A stretch of 46,615 nucleotides of DNA, taken from a virus. Below, piece after piece: positions 24,748-34,164 of this stretch (position 1 is the first letter of the stretch; each line of letters opens with the position of its first letter). Under the pieces are notes generated by a model. The model worked only from the letters and a program-made list of their open reading frames with translations, ran no database searches and was not told the DNA's origin. Position numbers and translations under genes: made by a program. The stretch lies in the IMG/VR virus record IMGVR_UViG_3300029398_000003; one strand, given 5' to 3'.

Positions 24748-26581
24748 TCTTTTTATCTTTGACTGCGAGGTGTTTGCCTTTGATTGGCTTTTCGTGTTCA
24801 AACACAAGGCCACCGGAGAGTACACCGTAATTCACAACGACAACGAAGCAGTCAAACAGTTCATGGAACAGGAGCCACTTTTGGCCGGGTTCAATAACAA
24901 GCACTATGACCAATTCATTCTGAAAGCTGTTTTGGCAGACTATACGCCGGAAGAGGTGAAAGTGGTCAATGATTTCATCATCGTCCAGGGGCATGAGGGA
25001 TGGGAACACCCTGATCTTCGAGAGAGCCGGATATACTTTGACCAATACGACCTCATGGACGATTGCCAGATGGGATTGTCCCTGAAAGCAATAGAAGCTC
25101 ACCTGGGTATGGATATTCGGGAAACCACTGTGTCTTTCAATCTTGATAGGCCATTGACTCCCGAAGAACTGGAAGAGATCATCTTCTACTGCAAGCATGA
25201 TGTGGACGCAACCGATAAGCTGGATGACCTTCGGCAAGGCTACTTGTCCAGCAAATTGACCCTGGGCAAAGAGAAAGGCATTTACCCGGCAAAGGCCCTC
25301 TATATGACCAATGCCAAGCTGACTGCTGCCTACCTTGATGCAGAGCCTAAACCCCATTATGACGAGCGGGAATATCAGTACCCGGCTACTCTGTTACGCC
25401 AGTACATTCCGCAGGAGGTATTTGCATTTTTTGACCGGCTGAAAGACATGACCATCCCCAATGAGGTGGTGTTCAAAGAGAAGCTGGAAATCATGGTTGG
25501 TGACTGCCCTTGCACGATTGCCTACGGAGGTATTCATGGGGCCATTCCCTGTTACCGAGAGGAAGCTACGAAAACCCGTTCCATTCGCAATAAAGATGTT
25601 GCCAGCTACTATCCTCACCAGATGATCTTAAACGGCTATTGTAGTCGGAACATTCCCTCTCCCGATGTGTATGCGGCTACCATTGGGCGGCGGGTCAAAG
25701 CAAAAAAGGCCGGTGACAAGGCTACGGCTAATGCTCTAAAGCTGGTGCTGAACACCACCTATGGAGCCATGCTGAACAAGTATAACGACCTCTATGACCC
25801 CCTCATGGGCCGCTCGGTCTGTATCTCAGGACAGTTACAGCTTCTTGAAATGGCTATCCATCTCATTCAGGATTGCCCTACGCTGAAAATCATTCAGCTC
25901 AACACTGATGGTATCATGGTCAGCCTTGATGACTCCGATGTTCCCAAGTACCAGGAGATTACCGGAGAATGGGAGCAACGCACCGGCTTTGAGTTGGAAG
26001 AAGACCTGATAAAGATGATCTGCCAGAAAGATGTAAACAATTATGTGGAAGTCCCGTTTGAGGGTGACCCCAAAATCAAAGGCGGGGTTCTGGTTCGAGG
26101 GATTGCACCGGCAGGAGCGTTCAATGTCAATAACAACGCCTGTATAGTTGCCAGAGCGGTCAAGGATTGTCTGGCCTACGGGGTTCCTGTGGAACAGACT
26201 ATCATGGAGTGTAACAAGCTGCTGGACTTCCAACTGATTGCCAAGGCTGGGAGTAAGTATGGTGACGCTCTTCATGAGGTGGATGGAGAATTACAAGTGG
26301 TACAGAAAGTCAACCGGGTCTATGCCACGGACGATCACCGTATGGGAACGCTTTACAAAATGCACCTCTCGACTGGAAACCCCGTGAAGATTGCCGGATT
26401 GCCGTCAAGATGCGTGGTAGACAATGACAATCATCTCTCTATCGAGGTGGTTGACCGTGACTGGTATATCCGGCTGGCAAAGCGGTATGTCCGGGATTTC
26501 CTTGGTATCAAGCCTCCTAAGCGGAATACCCGGAGAGTAAACAAGGTCAAGAGGGAGTTGACGGCTTTGTTGGAGGGATAA
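24740..26581 (+). CDS. Family-B DNA polymerase
   Basis: Exonuclease motifs FDCEV, NNKHYDQFIL and YCKHDVDAT. Polymerase motifs DVASYYPH (A), KLVLNTTYG (B) and LNTDG (C). GTG start. Confidence 0.75.
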   Translation: MDNLFIFDCEVFAFDWLFVFKHKATGEYTVIHNDNEAVKQFMEQEPLLAGFNNKHYDQFILKAVLADYTPEEVKVVNDFIIVQGHEGWEHPDLRESRIYFDQYDLMDDCQMGLSLKAIEAHLGMDIRETTVSFNLDRPLTPEELEEIIFYCKHDVDATDKLDDLRQGYLSSKLTLGKEKGIYPAKALYMTNAKLTAAYLDAEPKPHYDEREYQYPATLLRQYIPQEVFAFFDRLKDMTIPNEVVFKEKLEIMVGDCPCTIAYGGIHGAIPCYREEATKTRSIRNKDVASYYPHQMILNGYCSRNIPSPDVYAATIGRRVKAKKAGDKATANALKLVLNTTYGAMLNKYNDLYDPLMGRSVCISGQLQLLEMAIHLIQDCPTLKIIQLNTDGIMVSLDDSDVPKYQEITGEWEQRTGFELEEDLIKMICQKDVNNYVEVPFEGDPKIKGGVLVRGIAPAGAFNVNNNACIVARAVKDCLAYGVPVEQTIMECNKLLDFQLIAKAGSKYGDALHEVDGELQVVQKVNRVYATDDHRMGTLYKMHLSTGNPVKIAGLPSRCVVDNDNHLSIEVVDRDWYIRLAKRYVRDFLGIKPPKRNTRRVNKVKRELTALLEG

Positions 26582-26644
26582 TTTCACGGAAAAATCGCCA
26601 ATGGTTTGAAAATAAACAAGAGAAAAAAAGAGGTGAAGAGATTT

Positions 26645-27635
26645 TTGAAGATAGGAATGTGGTCTGACTCTATCAATTTTCCTAACCTTCCTCTTATGAA
26701 ATTATCTTCCTACCACAAAGAACAGGGGGATAGCGTTGAATTGATAAAAGAAGGTGAACATTATGACAAAGTTTATTTAAGCAAAGTGTTCAATTTACCT
26801 CTTTTGAACAAAATCCCGCAATCTCCGCCTATATTCCATGCAGACGATGTAGTACGGGGGGGGGACAGGATATGCGATAAAAGTGGAAAATGGCAAAGAG
26901 GTATTTCACAGTGAATTACACGAGAATTTGCCAAGCGAAATTGAACACCGCTATCCCGATTATTCTTTGTTCCCGCAATATCAAAATACGGCCTATGGGT
27001 TTTTAACTCGTGGCTGTTGCAATAACTGTTCATTCTGTATTGTCTGTCCCAAGGAAGGAAACCAGAGTGTTCAGGTAGCAGATTTGAATGAATTTTGGAA
27101 TGGGCAACGGGAAATCAAACTTCTCGACCCCAATTTATTGGCTTGCCGAAATCGAGAAACGCTCCTGAAAGAACTGATTGAAAGTGGTGCCCGTGTTGAT
27201 TTTACCCAAGGAATTGATGCTCGATTTATCACCAGCGACATTGCCGAACTTATCAATCAGGTCAAAATCAAAACAATTCACTTCGCCTTTGACTTTATGA
27301 AAAACGAAAAGGCGATCATTCGAGGATTGGAGTGTTTCAAGAAATACTACTCTGGTTCAGACAGAAATATACGGTGCTATGTTTTGACAAACTACGATAC
27401 TTCACACGAAGAAGACTGGTATCGGGTACGCTCTCTGATTGAACTTGGGTATCAGCCGTATGTGATGATTTATCAAAAAGGCACTCACAACCGTTTTCTG
27501 ACAGACCTTGCCAGATGGAGCAATTCACTTTTTCTAAACAGAGCGGTTTCGTTTGAGGATTATGTTCCACGCAAAGACGGAAAATCTTGTCGGGAACTCT
27601 ATCCAGAAATTCTAAACAAAAAGGAGATTGTTGTT
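26645..27635 (+). CDS. Radical SAM protein, reading frame broken at a G9 tract (26856-26864). The 3' end is undefined because the frame stays open into the ERF gene.
   Basis: CX3CX2C cluster (GCCNNCSFC). TTG 26645 after agaggtga gives MKIGMWSDSINFPNLPLMKLSSYHK. The two ORFs (26606-26914 and 26883-) fuse if one G is removed. Confidence 0.6.
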
Positions 27636-28397
27636 ATGCCAGCGAAAACCGAGAAAACCCCCGCACCCGCCGTTGATTACAGCGGCATGAATATCTGCCG
27701 GAAGTTGCAGATTGCCCGATTAAAGTTCCTGCAAGCCGGTGTGAAGAAAACCGGCAAAAACATTCACTTGGAGTTCATGTACTTCGAGCTGAGTGACATT
27801 GTTCCTGTGGCCGAGTCCATCTTCACGGAAGTGGGGCTGTTGATGGCTCCCACCTTCGGCAAGGAGTACGCCATTGCCAAAGTTTTCAACTGTGATGATC
27901 GAGATGAAGAGCCTATTACCTTTGAGGCTCCCTTCACGCAGATCGCTCCCATCATTTCCAACAGCGGCAAGGTTGTGACGAACGAAATGCAAGCCCTGGG
28001 CAGTTCTATCACCTATATGCGCCGGTATCTGTGGCAGCTTGTTCTTGACATTATCGAGGCTGACAGTATCGACAATACCTCCGGTGCCGATGAAGATACT
28101 CAGACACCTCCCTCTCCCACTAAGACCGCAAAAAAGGCTCCTGTGACCGCTGAGAAGCGTCAGGAAATCAAGTCTGAGCTGACTTCCGCCCCGGAGGGTG
28201 CCGCCAGTGAGGAACAGGTTGCCACGCTGAAAGCGGAACTGAAAAAGCTCATGGAGCTGGACGCAGAGCAGGAGAGCTTTGTGCAGAATGTAGCCGTAAA
28301 GACTGAGGGCTTCACCAAGATCACCGCTGATGTGTGCGACCAGCTCATTACCGGTGTACGGGATATGCTCTCGGCGTATGACACTCAGGAGGGTTAA
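27636..28397 (+). CDS. ERF-family single-strand annealing protein
   Basis: Internal ATG preceded by aaaggag. QALGSSITYMRRYLW is the hallmark ERF motif. Followed by a YqaJ-type exonuclease gene. Confidence 0.7.
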   Translation: MPAKTEKTPAPAVDYSGMNICRKLQIARLKFLQAGVKKTGKNIHLEFMYFELSDIVPVAESIFTEVGLLMAPTFGKEYAIAKVFNCDDRDEEPITFEAPFTQIAPIISNSGKVVTNEMQALGSSITYMRRYLWQLVLDIIEADSIDNTSGADEDTQTPPSPTKTAKKAPVTAEKRQEIKSELTSAPEGAASEEQVATLKAELKKLMELDAEQESFVQNVAVKTEGFTKITADVCDQLITGVRDMLSAYDTQEG

Positions 28398-28399
28398 TC

Positions 28400-29440
28400 A
28401 TGGAATGGCTTGACAACAAAATTCAGATTGTGCCGCCCAAGCGTCCTAAGAAGCTGACCGCTACCCGGTTCGCTACCATTCTCGGCCTCAATCCTTGGTC
28501 TACTCCCTTTGAGGTCTGGTGTGAGATCACCCGTACCTACCAGAAGCCCTTCGAGGACACGATTTACACCGTTGCCGGTAAGACCATCGAGCCGAAACAG
28601 GCAGAGTACATGAAGAACACCTACTTCATGAGCAATCTGGTCACTCCAACCGATATTTACGGCGAGAATTATTTCCAGAAGACCTTCGGTGATTTCTTCT
28701 CTGATACGCCGGTACTCGGTGGTATGTGGGACTACCTGCTGCATGGCAAAGATGGCAAGCCTACAACCGTTCTGGAAATGAAAACCTCCAAGCGTGTAGA
28801 GGATTGGGCGGAAGATATTCCTGAATATTATGCCCTCCAAGCCGCCCTCTATGCGTATCTCCTGGGCGTAGACAGCGTAATCATGGTAGCCTCCTTCCTG
28901 GAACCCGGTGATTATGAACACCCTGAGAACTTCGTGTGCAGTTCCAGCAACACAATCACCCGGCCTTTCAAGGTGTCTGAGCGTTACCCGGACTTCGAGA
29001 AGCGGTATGTGAAACCGGCTTTGAAGTGGTGGAAAGACCATGTGGAAAGCGGCCTCTCTCCGGCCTATGACGAGAAAAAGGACGCTGAAATACTGGCCGT
29101 TCTCCGTACCAACAATCTCTCTCCTGAAACCGACTTGGAGGCTCTGGTGAAAGAAGCCGAAGAGCTGAAAGGTAAGCTGGACGCTCATGCCGCCGAGGTT
29201 TCCGATGACGAGAAACGGTACAAAACCCTGACCGATATGATTAAAAAGGCGGCTATCCAGCAGTTTCGTGAGGGGGACAAAAAGGTGTCTATCGCCGGTA
29301 CTGCCTATACCTGGGAAGTCAGCAAGAGTATCACTACCAAAATCAATAAGGACGCTATGAAAGCGGACGGAGTTTTGGATAAGTACAGTACCACCGAGGA
29401 CAGCTACCGGTTGCTGCCGAAAGCGATTAAGGAGGGATGA
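28400..29440 (+). CDS. YqaJ-like (lambda Exo-type) recombination exonuclease
   Basis: LTATRFATILGLNPWSTPFEVW N-terminal motif and an LEMKTSK (E-x-K) motif. Confidence 0.7.
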   Translation: MEWLDNKIQIVPPKRPKKLTATRFATILGLNPWSTPFEVWCEITRTYQKPFEDTIYTVAGKTIEPKQAEYMKNTYFMSNLVTPTDIYGENYFQKTFGDFFSDTPVLGGMWDYLLHGKDGKPTTVLEMKTSKRVEDWAEDIPEYYALQAALYAYLLGVDSVIMVASFLEPGDYEHPENFVCSSSNTITRPFKVSERYPDFEKRYVKPALKWWKDHVESGLSPAYDEKKDAEILAVLRTNNLSPETDLEALVKEAEELKGKLDAHAAEVSDDEKRYKTLTDMIKKAAIQQFREGDKKVSIAGTAYTWEVSKSITTKINKDAMKADGVLDKYSTTEDSYRLLPKAIKEG

Positions 29441-29443
29441 CCG

Positions 29444-29932
29444 ATGAAGTTTAAGAATTTTGTGAAATCTCTGGCTTCCAGCGGAGTGATCTATAAGAGA
29501 GGGATTGAAGACCTGCCCTTTGCTGACCGCTGGCTGGCCTCCCCCACGGCTATGATGCTCATTCCCACTACGGTGAAAAGCGTGACCGCTGCGGCTATTC
29601 AGGATATGCCCCAGGCCATTGACAAGATGATTGACCAGATTGGTCATACAGATTATGCGGTTCTGTCTGAGGCAATCATGCCCTATCCCGATGGCGGCAT
29701 CAAGGATTGTATTCGGGTCTATAAGACCCAGGCCGGTGATATTTCTATCAAGATCAGCAACGATGACTGGAAGCTGATTGAGCGGAAAGACACCTGTGAA
29801 ATCCTTTATGCCTACGACATTGACACCAATTCCAATGTCGCAAAAACCCTGCTGGTAAAGAGTTTCCCGGAATTACCCGGAGATGACGAGGAACTTGTGG
29901 GCATCATCTTTCCCGTCAATGATGAAGTCTAA
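29444..29932 (+). CDS. Hypothetical protein
   Basis: 162-aa ORF tightly packed between neighbouring genes. Confidence 0.5.
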   Translation: MKFKNFVKSLASSGVIYKRGIEDLPFADRWLASPTAMMLIPTTVKSVTAAAIQDMPQAIDKMIDQIGHTDYAVLSEAIMPYPDGGIKDCIRVYKTQAGDISIKISNDDWKLIERKDTCEILYAYDIDTNSNVAKTLLVKSFPELPGDDEELVGIIFPVNDEV

Positions 29933-29946
29933 GGAGGACAAACAAG

Positions 29947-30438
29947 ATGGCTAAAATTGGTTTGAGTGATGGGTTTTCCCTTATCCCGGAAGGAACCCAT
30001 GTCTTCAAAATTACCGGGGTCAGCTATAAGGAAGCCTTTGGCAAGCTGGAAATTACCATGCAGACACAAAGCGGAACCAAGCACATTGAGCGGTTTTCCC
30101 TGCTGAAAACTGACGGCTCTCCGAACGAAGGTGCGCTTAATGCGTTCAGCTATTTTGCGAAGACTGCCTTGCAGGATTTCGAGCTTACCGAAATTGACCA
30201 TGAAGACCTTGTGGGTCACTTCATCGAGTGCGATATTGAGCATGATGTTCAACCGAACAAGAACAAGCCGGACAAGACCATTACCTTCGCTCGGTTGGCC
30301 GATAAGCGGCCCTCTGACGGGTGGGATGAACAGGCGGCACCCTCACCCACCCAGGCTCCCAAAACCGCTCCTGCGTCCGCTCAGGCGGCTCCTGCGGCCC
30401 CTAAATCTAAGAGTGACCTGATGGCCCTTCTTGGCTGA
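29947..30438 (+). CDS. Putative ssDNA-binding protein (DUF669-like) with a Pro/Ala-rich tail
   Basis: 163 aa. N-terminal beta-rich part, low-complexity QAAPSPTQAPKTAPASAQAAPAAPK linker and a short C-terminal peptide. Position next to the recombination genes. Confidence 0.35.
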   Translation: MAKIGLSDGFSLIPEGTHVFKITGVSYKEAFGKLEITMQTQSGTKHIERFSLLKTDGSPNEGALNAFSYFAKTALQDFELTEIDHEDLVGHFIECDIEHDVQPNKNKPDKTITFARLADKRPSDGWDEQAAPSPTQAPKTAPASAQAAPAAPKSKSDLMALLG

Positions 30439-30524
30439 TTATGGACGAGGGAGGGCGGTTAAATTTCCGCTCTCCCTCGCCAATGGTTTGTTGAAAAATA
30501 TGTGGAAAGTGAGGATAAGATACT

Positions 30525-30821
30525 TTGACCACAACAAAGATAAAGGTTCAAATGCACCGGGAAATCTGTGAGGAAATCAACGATCTCTATGCTCGGAAGA
30601 ACCATGATTACGGTGATAGCTTCCACCAGACCTTTGTTGAAGAGGGTATGGCAATGGCCCGTATCAGGTTGGGCGATAAGTTTAACCGGTTTAAGACTCT
30701 TTCCCGGAACGAGGAACAGAAGGTAAATGACGAGTCCATTCGGGACACCCTGATTGACCTTGCCAATTATGCCATTATGACGGTGCTGGAAATGGAGGTT
30801 GCTAATCATGACGGGAAATGA
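30525..30821 (+). CDS. DUF1599 / nucleotide-modification-associated domain 1-like protein
   Basis: KNHDYGDSF ... RLGDKFNR ... ESIRDTLIDLANYA pattern. TTG start. Confidence 0.5.
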   Translation: MTTTKIKVQMHREICEEINDLYARKNHDYGDSFHQTFVEEGMAMARIRLGDKFNRFKTLSRNEEQKVNDESIRDTLIDLANYAIMTVLEMEVANHDGK

Positions 30822-31158
30822 GTATCAAAAGGCCGCTCTGAGAACCGCAAATACAGAGAGCCAAACTCAGAATAGTTTGCTGATTAACGGCGTTTTGGGA
30901 CTGTGCGGTGAGTCCGGCGAAGTAGCTGATCTTGTGAAAAAGGCCAGATTTCAGGGCCACATTCTTGATGTTGACCACATTGCCGAAGAGCTTGGTGATG
31001 TAGCGTGGTATTTGGCGGTCACAGCTTCCGCAATCGGGAAAAATTTGGATGATATTCTGGCTTCCAATGTCGATAAGCTGCGGAAGAGATACCCGGAGGG
31101 TTTTGACCGTGAGAGAAGCGTCCACCGGCCTGAGTATGAGGGAGGAATTCGAGCATGA
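30799..31158 (+). CDS. mazG: MazG-like nucleoside triphosphate pyrophosphohydrolase
   Basis: GLCGESGEVADLVKK ... EELGDVAWYL carries the EExxE/D-type MazG motifs. Confidence 0.7.
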   Translation: MLIMTGNEYQKAALRTANTESQTQNSLLINGVLGLCGESGEVADLVKKARFQGHILDVDHIAEELGDVAWYLAVTASAIGKNLDDILASNVDKLRKRYPEGFDRERSVHRPEYEGGIRA

Positions 31159-31778
31159 AGATCATTGAGCCTAAAGTGGAGCTTATCAATCCTCCTGCCT
31201 ATTCTGACCTTCTCTCTCTGATTGAGCTGGCCGGACGCACTTGCTATAAGTCCGAGAGCAAGATTACCGGGGACAGCGCAGAAAAGTTTGTCAAGAACAT
31301 CTTGAAGCGAGGTCATGAGGCTGTCATTGAGCATGGCAGTGTGAGTGTTCGCTTTACCTGTGATAGAGGTGTGAGCCATGAGATTGTCCGGCACCGACTG
31401 GCCTCCTACTGCCAGGAAAGTACCCGCTATTGCAATTACGGCAAAGAAGACTTTGGTTCTGAAATTACGGTAATCAAGCCTTGCTCCCTTGATAAAGACG
31501 GTACAGCTTACCGACACTGGTTTTGGGCTTGTTCCCAAGCAGAAGAAGCCTATTTCAATATGTTGGACTTCGGCTGTACTCCGCAGGAGGCCCGGTCTGT
31601 TCTTCCCAACAGCACGAAGACCGAGGTGGTCATGACGGCCAATATGCGGGAATGGAGGCACTTCCTTCGGCTCCGTACCGCTCCTGCCGCACACCCGGAT
31701 ATGCGAGAGGTCGCAAAGATGCTCCTGACTGAGATGCAGACCCGATACCCGGCTTTCTTTGAAGACTTCGAGGTGTGA
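31155..31778 (+). CDS. thyX: FAD-dependent thymidylate synthase ThyX
   Basis: RGHEAVIEH and the ThyX signature RHRLASYCQESTRY (RHRxxSxxxxSxR). Confidence 0.85.
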   Translation: MKIIEPKVELINPPAYSDLLSLIELAGRTCYKSESKITGDSAEKFVKNILKRGHEAVIEHGSVSVRFTCDRGVSHEIVRHRLASYCQESTRYCNYGKEDFGSEITVIKPCSLDKDGTAYRHWFWACSQAEEAYFNMLDFGCTPQEARSVLPNSTKTEVVMTANMREWRHFLRLRTAPAAHPDMREVAKMLLTEMQTRYPAFFEDFEV

Positions 31779-31781
31779 ACC

Positions 31782-32132
31782 ATGATTGTGAAAAAGGCCG
31801 GAGGAAAGGTTTACGGAGCAGTCTTCACCGCCGCAGAGAAAAAGGCCATGGAAATGGAGATCAACCGGCAAATCATTAAAGCGGACAAACGCTATACCGA
31901 TGACATTGACGCAATGGTTCTCTATACCCTTGCGGTTCACCTGGGCTTTGGTCCTAAGCGGCTCAGACGCTTTTATGAAGCATTTACCGCAGAGCATGAC
32001 CGACTCATTCAGCACTACGAAATGCCGGACGATTACACTTGGCTCTGCAAAGCGAAGTTGAAAGAAATCGGCGTAGATGTGGAAGCATGGAACAGAGAAA
32101 GGGGAAGTATTCATGACATTCGTGAACAATAA
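31782..32132 (+). CDS. Hypothetical protein
   Basis: 116-aa ORF. Confidence 0.5.
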   Translation: MIVKKAGGKVYGAVFTAAEKKAMEMEINRQIIKADKRYTDDIDAMVLYTLAVHLGFGPKRLRRFYEAFTAEHDRLIQHYEMPDDYTWLCKAKLKEIGVDVEAWNRERGSIHDIREQ

Positions 32133-32331
32133 CGGGAAAGTCCCGTATATCATGGTCGCCGGTGCAGATCATGTTACCGGCGAAATGCCGCTTGAAACTG
32201 CGGAAAAGATTTACAACGAGGGAACCAAGAGAGCCAGCAATAGGTTTCCCGGCTATCCGGTCTGCGTGGATAACAAGTATTTCTTCGCCACCAAGACCTC
32301 TCCGAAGAAAAGGAAAACCACCAATAAGTAA
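32113..32331 (+). CDS. Hypothetical small protein
   Basis: ATG 32113 after aaagggga. 72 aa with a basic C-terminus. Confidence 0.35.
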   Translation: MTFVNNNGKVPYIMVAGADHVTGEMPLETAEKIYNEGTKRASNRFPGYPVCVDNKYFFATKTSPKKRKTTNK

Positions 32332-32854
32332 GCTGCTTCCGGTACTGCTGCTGTCGTTGGTTCTCCTATCTTCCTGTTCCGCCAAGCCGGAAACAGAAAT
32401 CATTGAACCCACTGAGCTTCCTGTGTTTGAAGTCACTACACCGGAACCCACACCCACTGTTCCTCTTTGGAGCGAGGAAGAGGTTGATGTGCTGGCAAAG
32501 ATGGTATGGGGAGAGGCCAGGGGTGTAGCGTCTGATACGGAAAAGGCCGCTTGTGTGTGGTGTGTGCTCAACCGTGTCGATCAGGGATATGGTTCAATCA
32601 CTACGGTAGTTACCGCTCCTTATCAATTCATCGGGTATGATGCAGATAACCCGATTGATGATGAAATTAAAGCCCTGTGTGAAGATGTTCTTACCCGATG
32701 GTATGCGGAAAAAGATGGGGAAACCAATACAGGGCGGGTTTTACCTTCTGACTATCTCTGGTTCAGCGGAGATGGCAAACACAATTATTTTAGAAATGCC
32801 TACAAAGGCGGAGAAACATGGGATTGGTCGCTCCCTTCCCCTTATGAAACCTGA
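32162..32854 (+). CDS. SleB-type cell wall hydrolase (Hydrolase_2-like) with a lipoprotein-type signal; start codon uncertain
   Basis: LLPVLLLSLVLLSSC lipobox-like segment followed by VLAKMVWGEARGV...CVLNRV...QF. The only ATG (32162) gives a 60-aa improbable leader that overlaps ORF 32113-32331. Confidence 0.55.
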   Translation: MQIMLPAKCRLKLRKRFTTREPREPAIGFPAIRSAWITSISSPPRPLRRKGKPPISKLLPVLLLSLVLLSSCSAKPETEIIEPTELPVFEVTTPEPTPTVPLWSEEEVDVLAKMVWGEARGVASDTEKAACVWCVLNRVDQGYGSITTVVTAPYQFIGYDADNPIDDEIKALCEDVLTRWYAEKDGETNTGRVLPSDYLWFSGDGKHNYFRNAYKGGETWDWSLPSPYET

Positions 32855-32873
32855 ATGACCGAGAGGTGCCGTC

Positions 32874-33653
32874 ATGTATGAAAAAATACCCTCTGAATTG
32901 AAAGAAAAGGCCCAATGGGTCAATGTCTGGAATAGCAGCAAGGTTCCCATGCAGACCGGCCAGAAAAAAGCTGCCTCTTCTGTGCTGCCTGATACCTGGG
33001 GAACTTTTGATTGTGCTGTGCTGAATGTGGCAAACGGCATCTATGACGGCATCGGATATGTGTTCAATGACGATGGACTAATCGGAATTGACATTGATGA
33101 CGGTTTTTCAGAAGGACTATTGAACCCGCTGGCCGCTGACATTATCGGCCATTGCGGTTCTTATACAGAGAAGAGCAGGAGTGGGAGAGGGGTACACATT
33201 CTACTGAAAGGCTCTCTCCCCTTCAAAGGCCGTAATAACCGAGCCGGGGTGGAGATTTATCGGAGTGGCCGGTACTTCATTATGACCGGAAAAGTCATTA
33301 TCTATTCGGAGATCATTGAAAACCAAGAAGCGATTGACTATATCGTTTCCAGGTATTTCCCCGATGTTCCGAAAGAGGGTGCCGGTTCCTCCGCTCCACA
33401 ACGCATTTACTCTCCAATCTACCGAAAGCCAGAGCCGGGGAAAATCGCTCTGAAACCAGAATATCCTGCAATCACTACCGGGAGCCGGAACCTGAGTCTG
33501 ACTTCTCTGGCCGGTCAGATGCACAATCAGGGATATTCCAAAGCGGAGATTTACAAAGAGCTGCTGTATGCCAACACTCAGGCTTGCAAGCCGCCTCTTC
33601 CCCGTTCGGAGATTGAAACCATTGTAAATTCAGTTACCAGATATAGGAGGTAA
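32874..33653 (+). CDS. Archaeo-eukaryotic-type primase-polymerase (prim-pol) with a PriCT-1-like C-terminus
   Basis: GIDIDD (acidic motif I), SGRGVHILL (motif II) and a C-terminal LSLTSLAGQM...EIETIVNSV. Confidence 0.7.
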   Translation: MYEKIPSELKEKAQWVNVWNSSKVPMQTGQKKAASSVLPDTWGTFDCAVLNVANGIYDGIGYVFNDDGLIGIDIDDGFSEGLLNPLAADIIGHCGSYTEKSRSGRGVHILLKGSLPFKGRNNRAGVEIYRSGRYFIMTGKVIIYSEIIENQEAIDYIVSRYFPDVPKEGAGSSAPQRIYSPIYRKPEPGKIALKPEYPAITTGSRNLSLTSLAGQMHNQGYSKAEIYKELLYANTQACKPPLPRSEIETIVNSVTRYRR

Positions 33654-33656
33654 TTT

Positions 33657-34019
33657 ATGAAACCTTATCAGCGTGGAGATGTTGTCATTATAGATGTACC
33701 TATCCCGGCCTCCGGCCATGTGCAGGGAGGCAAGCGGCCCTGGGTCATCGTTCAAAATAACATGGGGAACCAGTTCTCTCCCACCAGCATTGTAGTCCCT
33801 CTGACCACAAAGATGAAGCGGCTGGAAATGCCCACTCATGTTGCTTTTGTGTGGGAGAACTTGGAGCAAAGCATGGTTGAGTGTGAACAGGTACGGGTCA
33901 TCGACATTACCGAAGATTGGAAATATGTCTGTACCCTCCCGCCTCAGATCATGTCCCATATCGACACAGCCCTGAGAAACGCTTTCTTCTATGGGGGGGG
34001 TGTAATAGATGGAGAATAA
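33657..34019 (+). CDS. MazF/PemK (EndoA-like) family toxin, an mRNA interferase
   Basis: RGDVVIIDVP...GGKRPWVIVQNNMGNQFSPTSIVVPLTT...MPTHVAF...ECEQVRVID aligns motif by motif with B. subtilis EndoA as recalled from memory. Confidence 0.8.
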   Translation: MKPYQRGDVVIIDVPIPASGHVQGGKRPWVIVQNNMGNQFSPTSIVVPLTTKMKRLEMPTHVAFVWENLEQSMVECEQVRVIDITEDWKYVCTLPPQIMSHIDTALRNAFFYGGGVIDGE

Positions 34020-34164
34020 GCAGTATTGCCCTCTCAATGCTTCCACGGACGAAGTTCTGCATTGTTGTCAAGAGAGGTGTGCGTGGTGGGATGAAGACGC
34101 TCAGGCTTGTTCGGTGCTGGTAATAGCAAAGGCAATGAGGAAGGTGACGAGAAATGGCCGATGA
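34009..34164 (+). CDS. Small Cys-rich protein (51 aa), absent from the ORF track
   Basis: My own translation: MENKQYCPLNASTDEVLHCCQERCAWWDEDAQACSVLVIAKAMRKVTRNGR. Overlaps the toxin stop and the helicase start. Confidence 0.35.
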   Translation: MENKQYCPLNASTDEVLHCCQERCAWWDEDAQACSVLVIAKAMRKVTRNGR

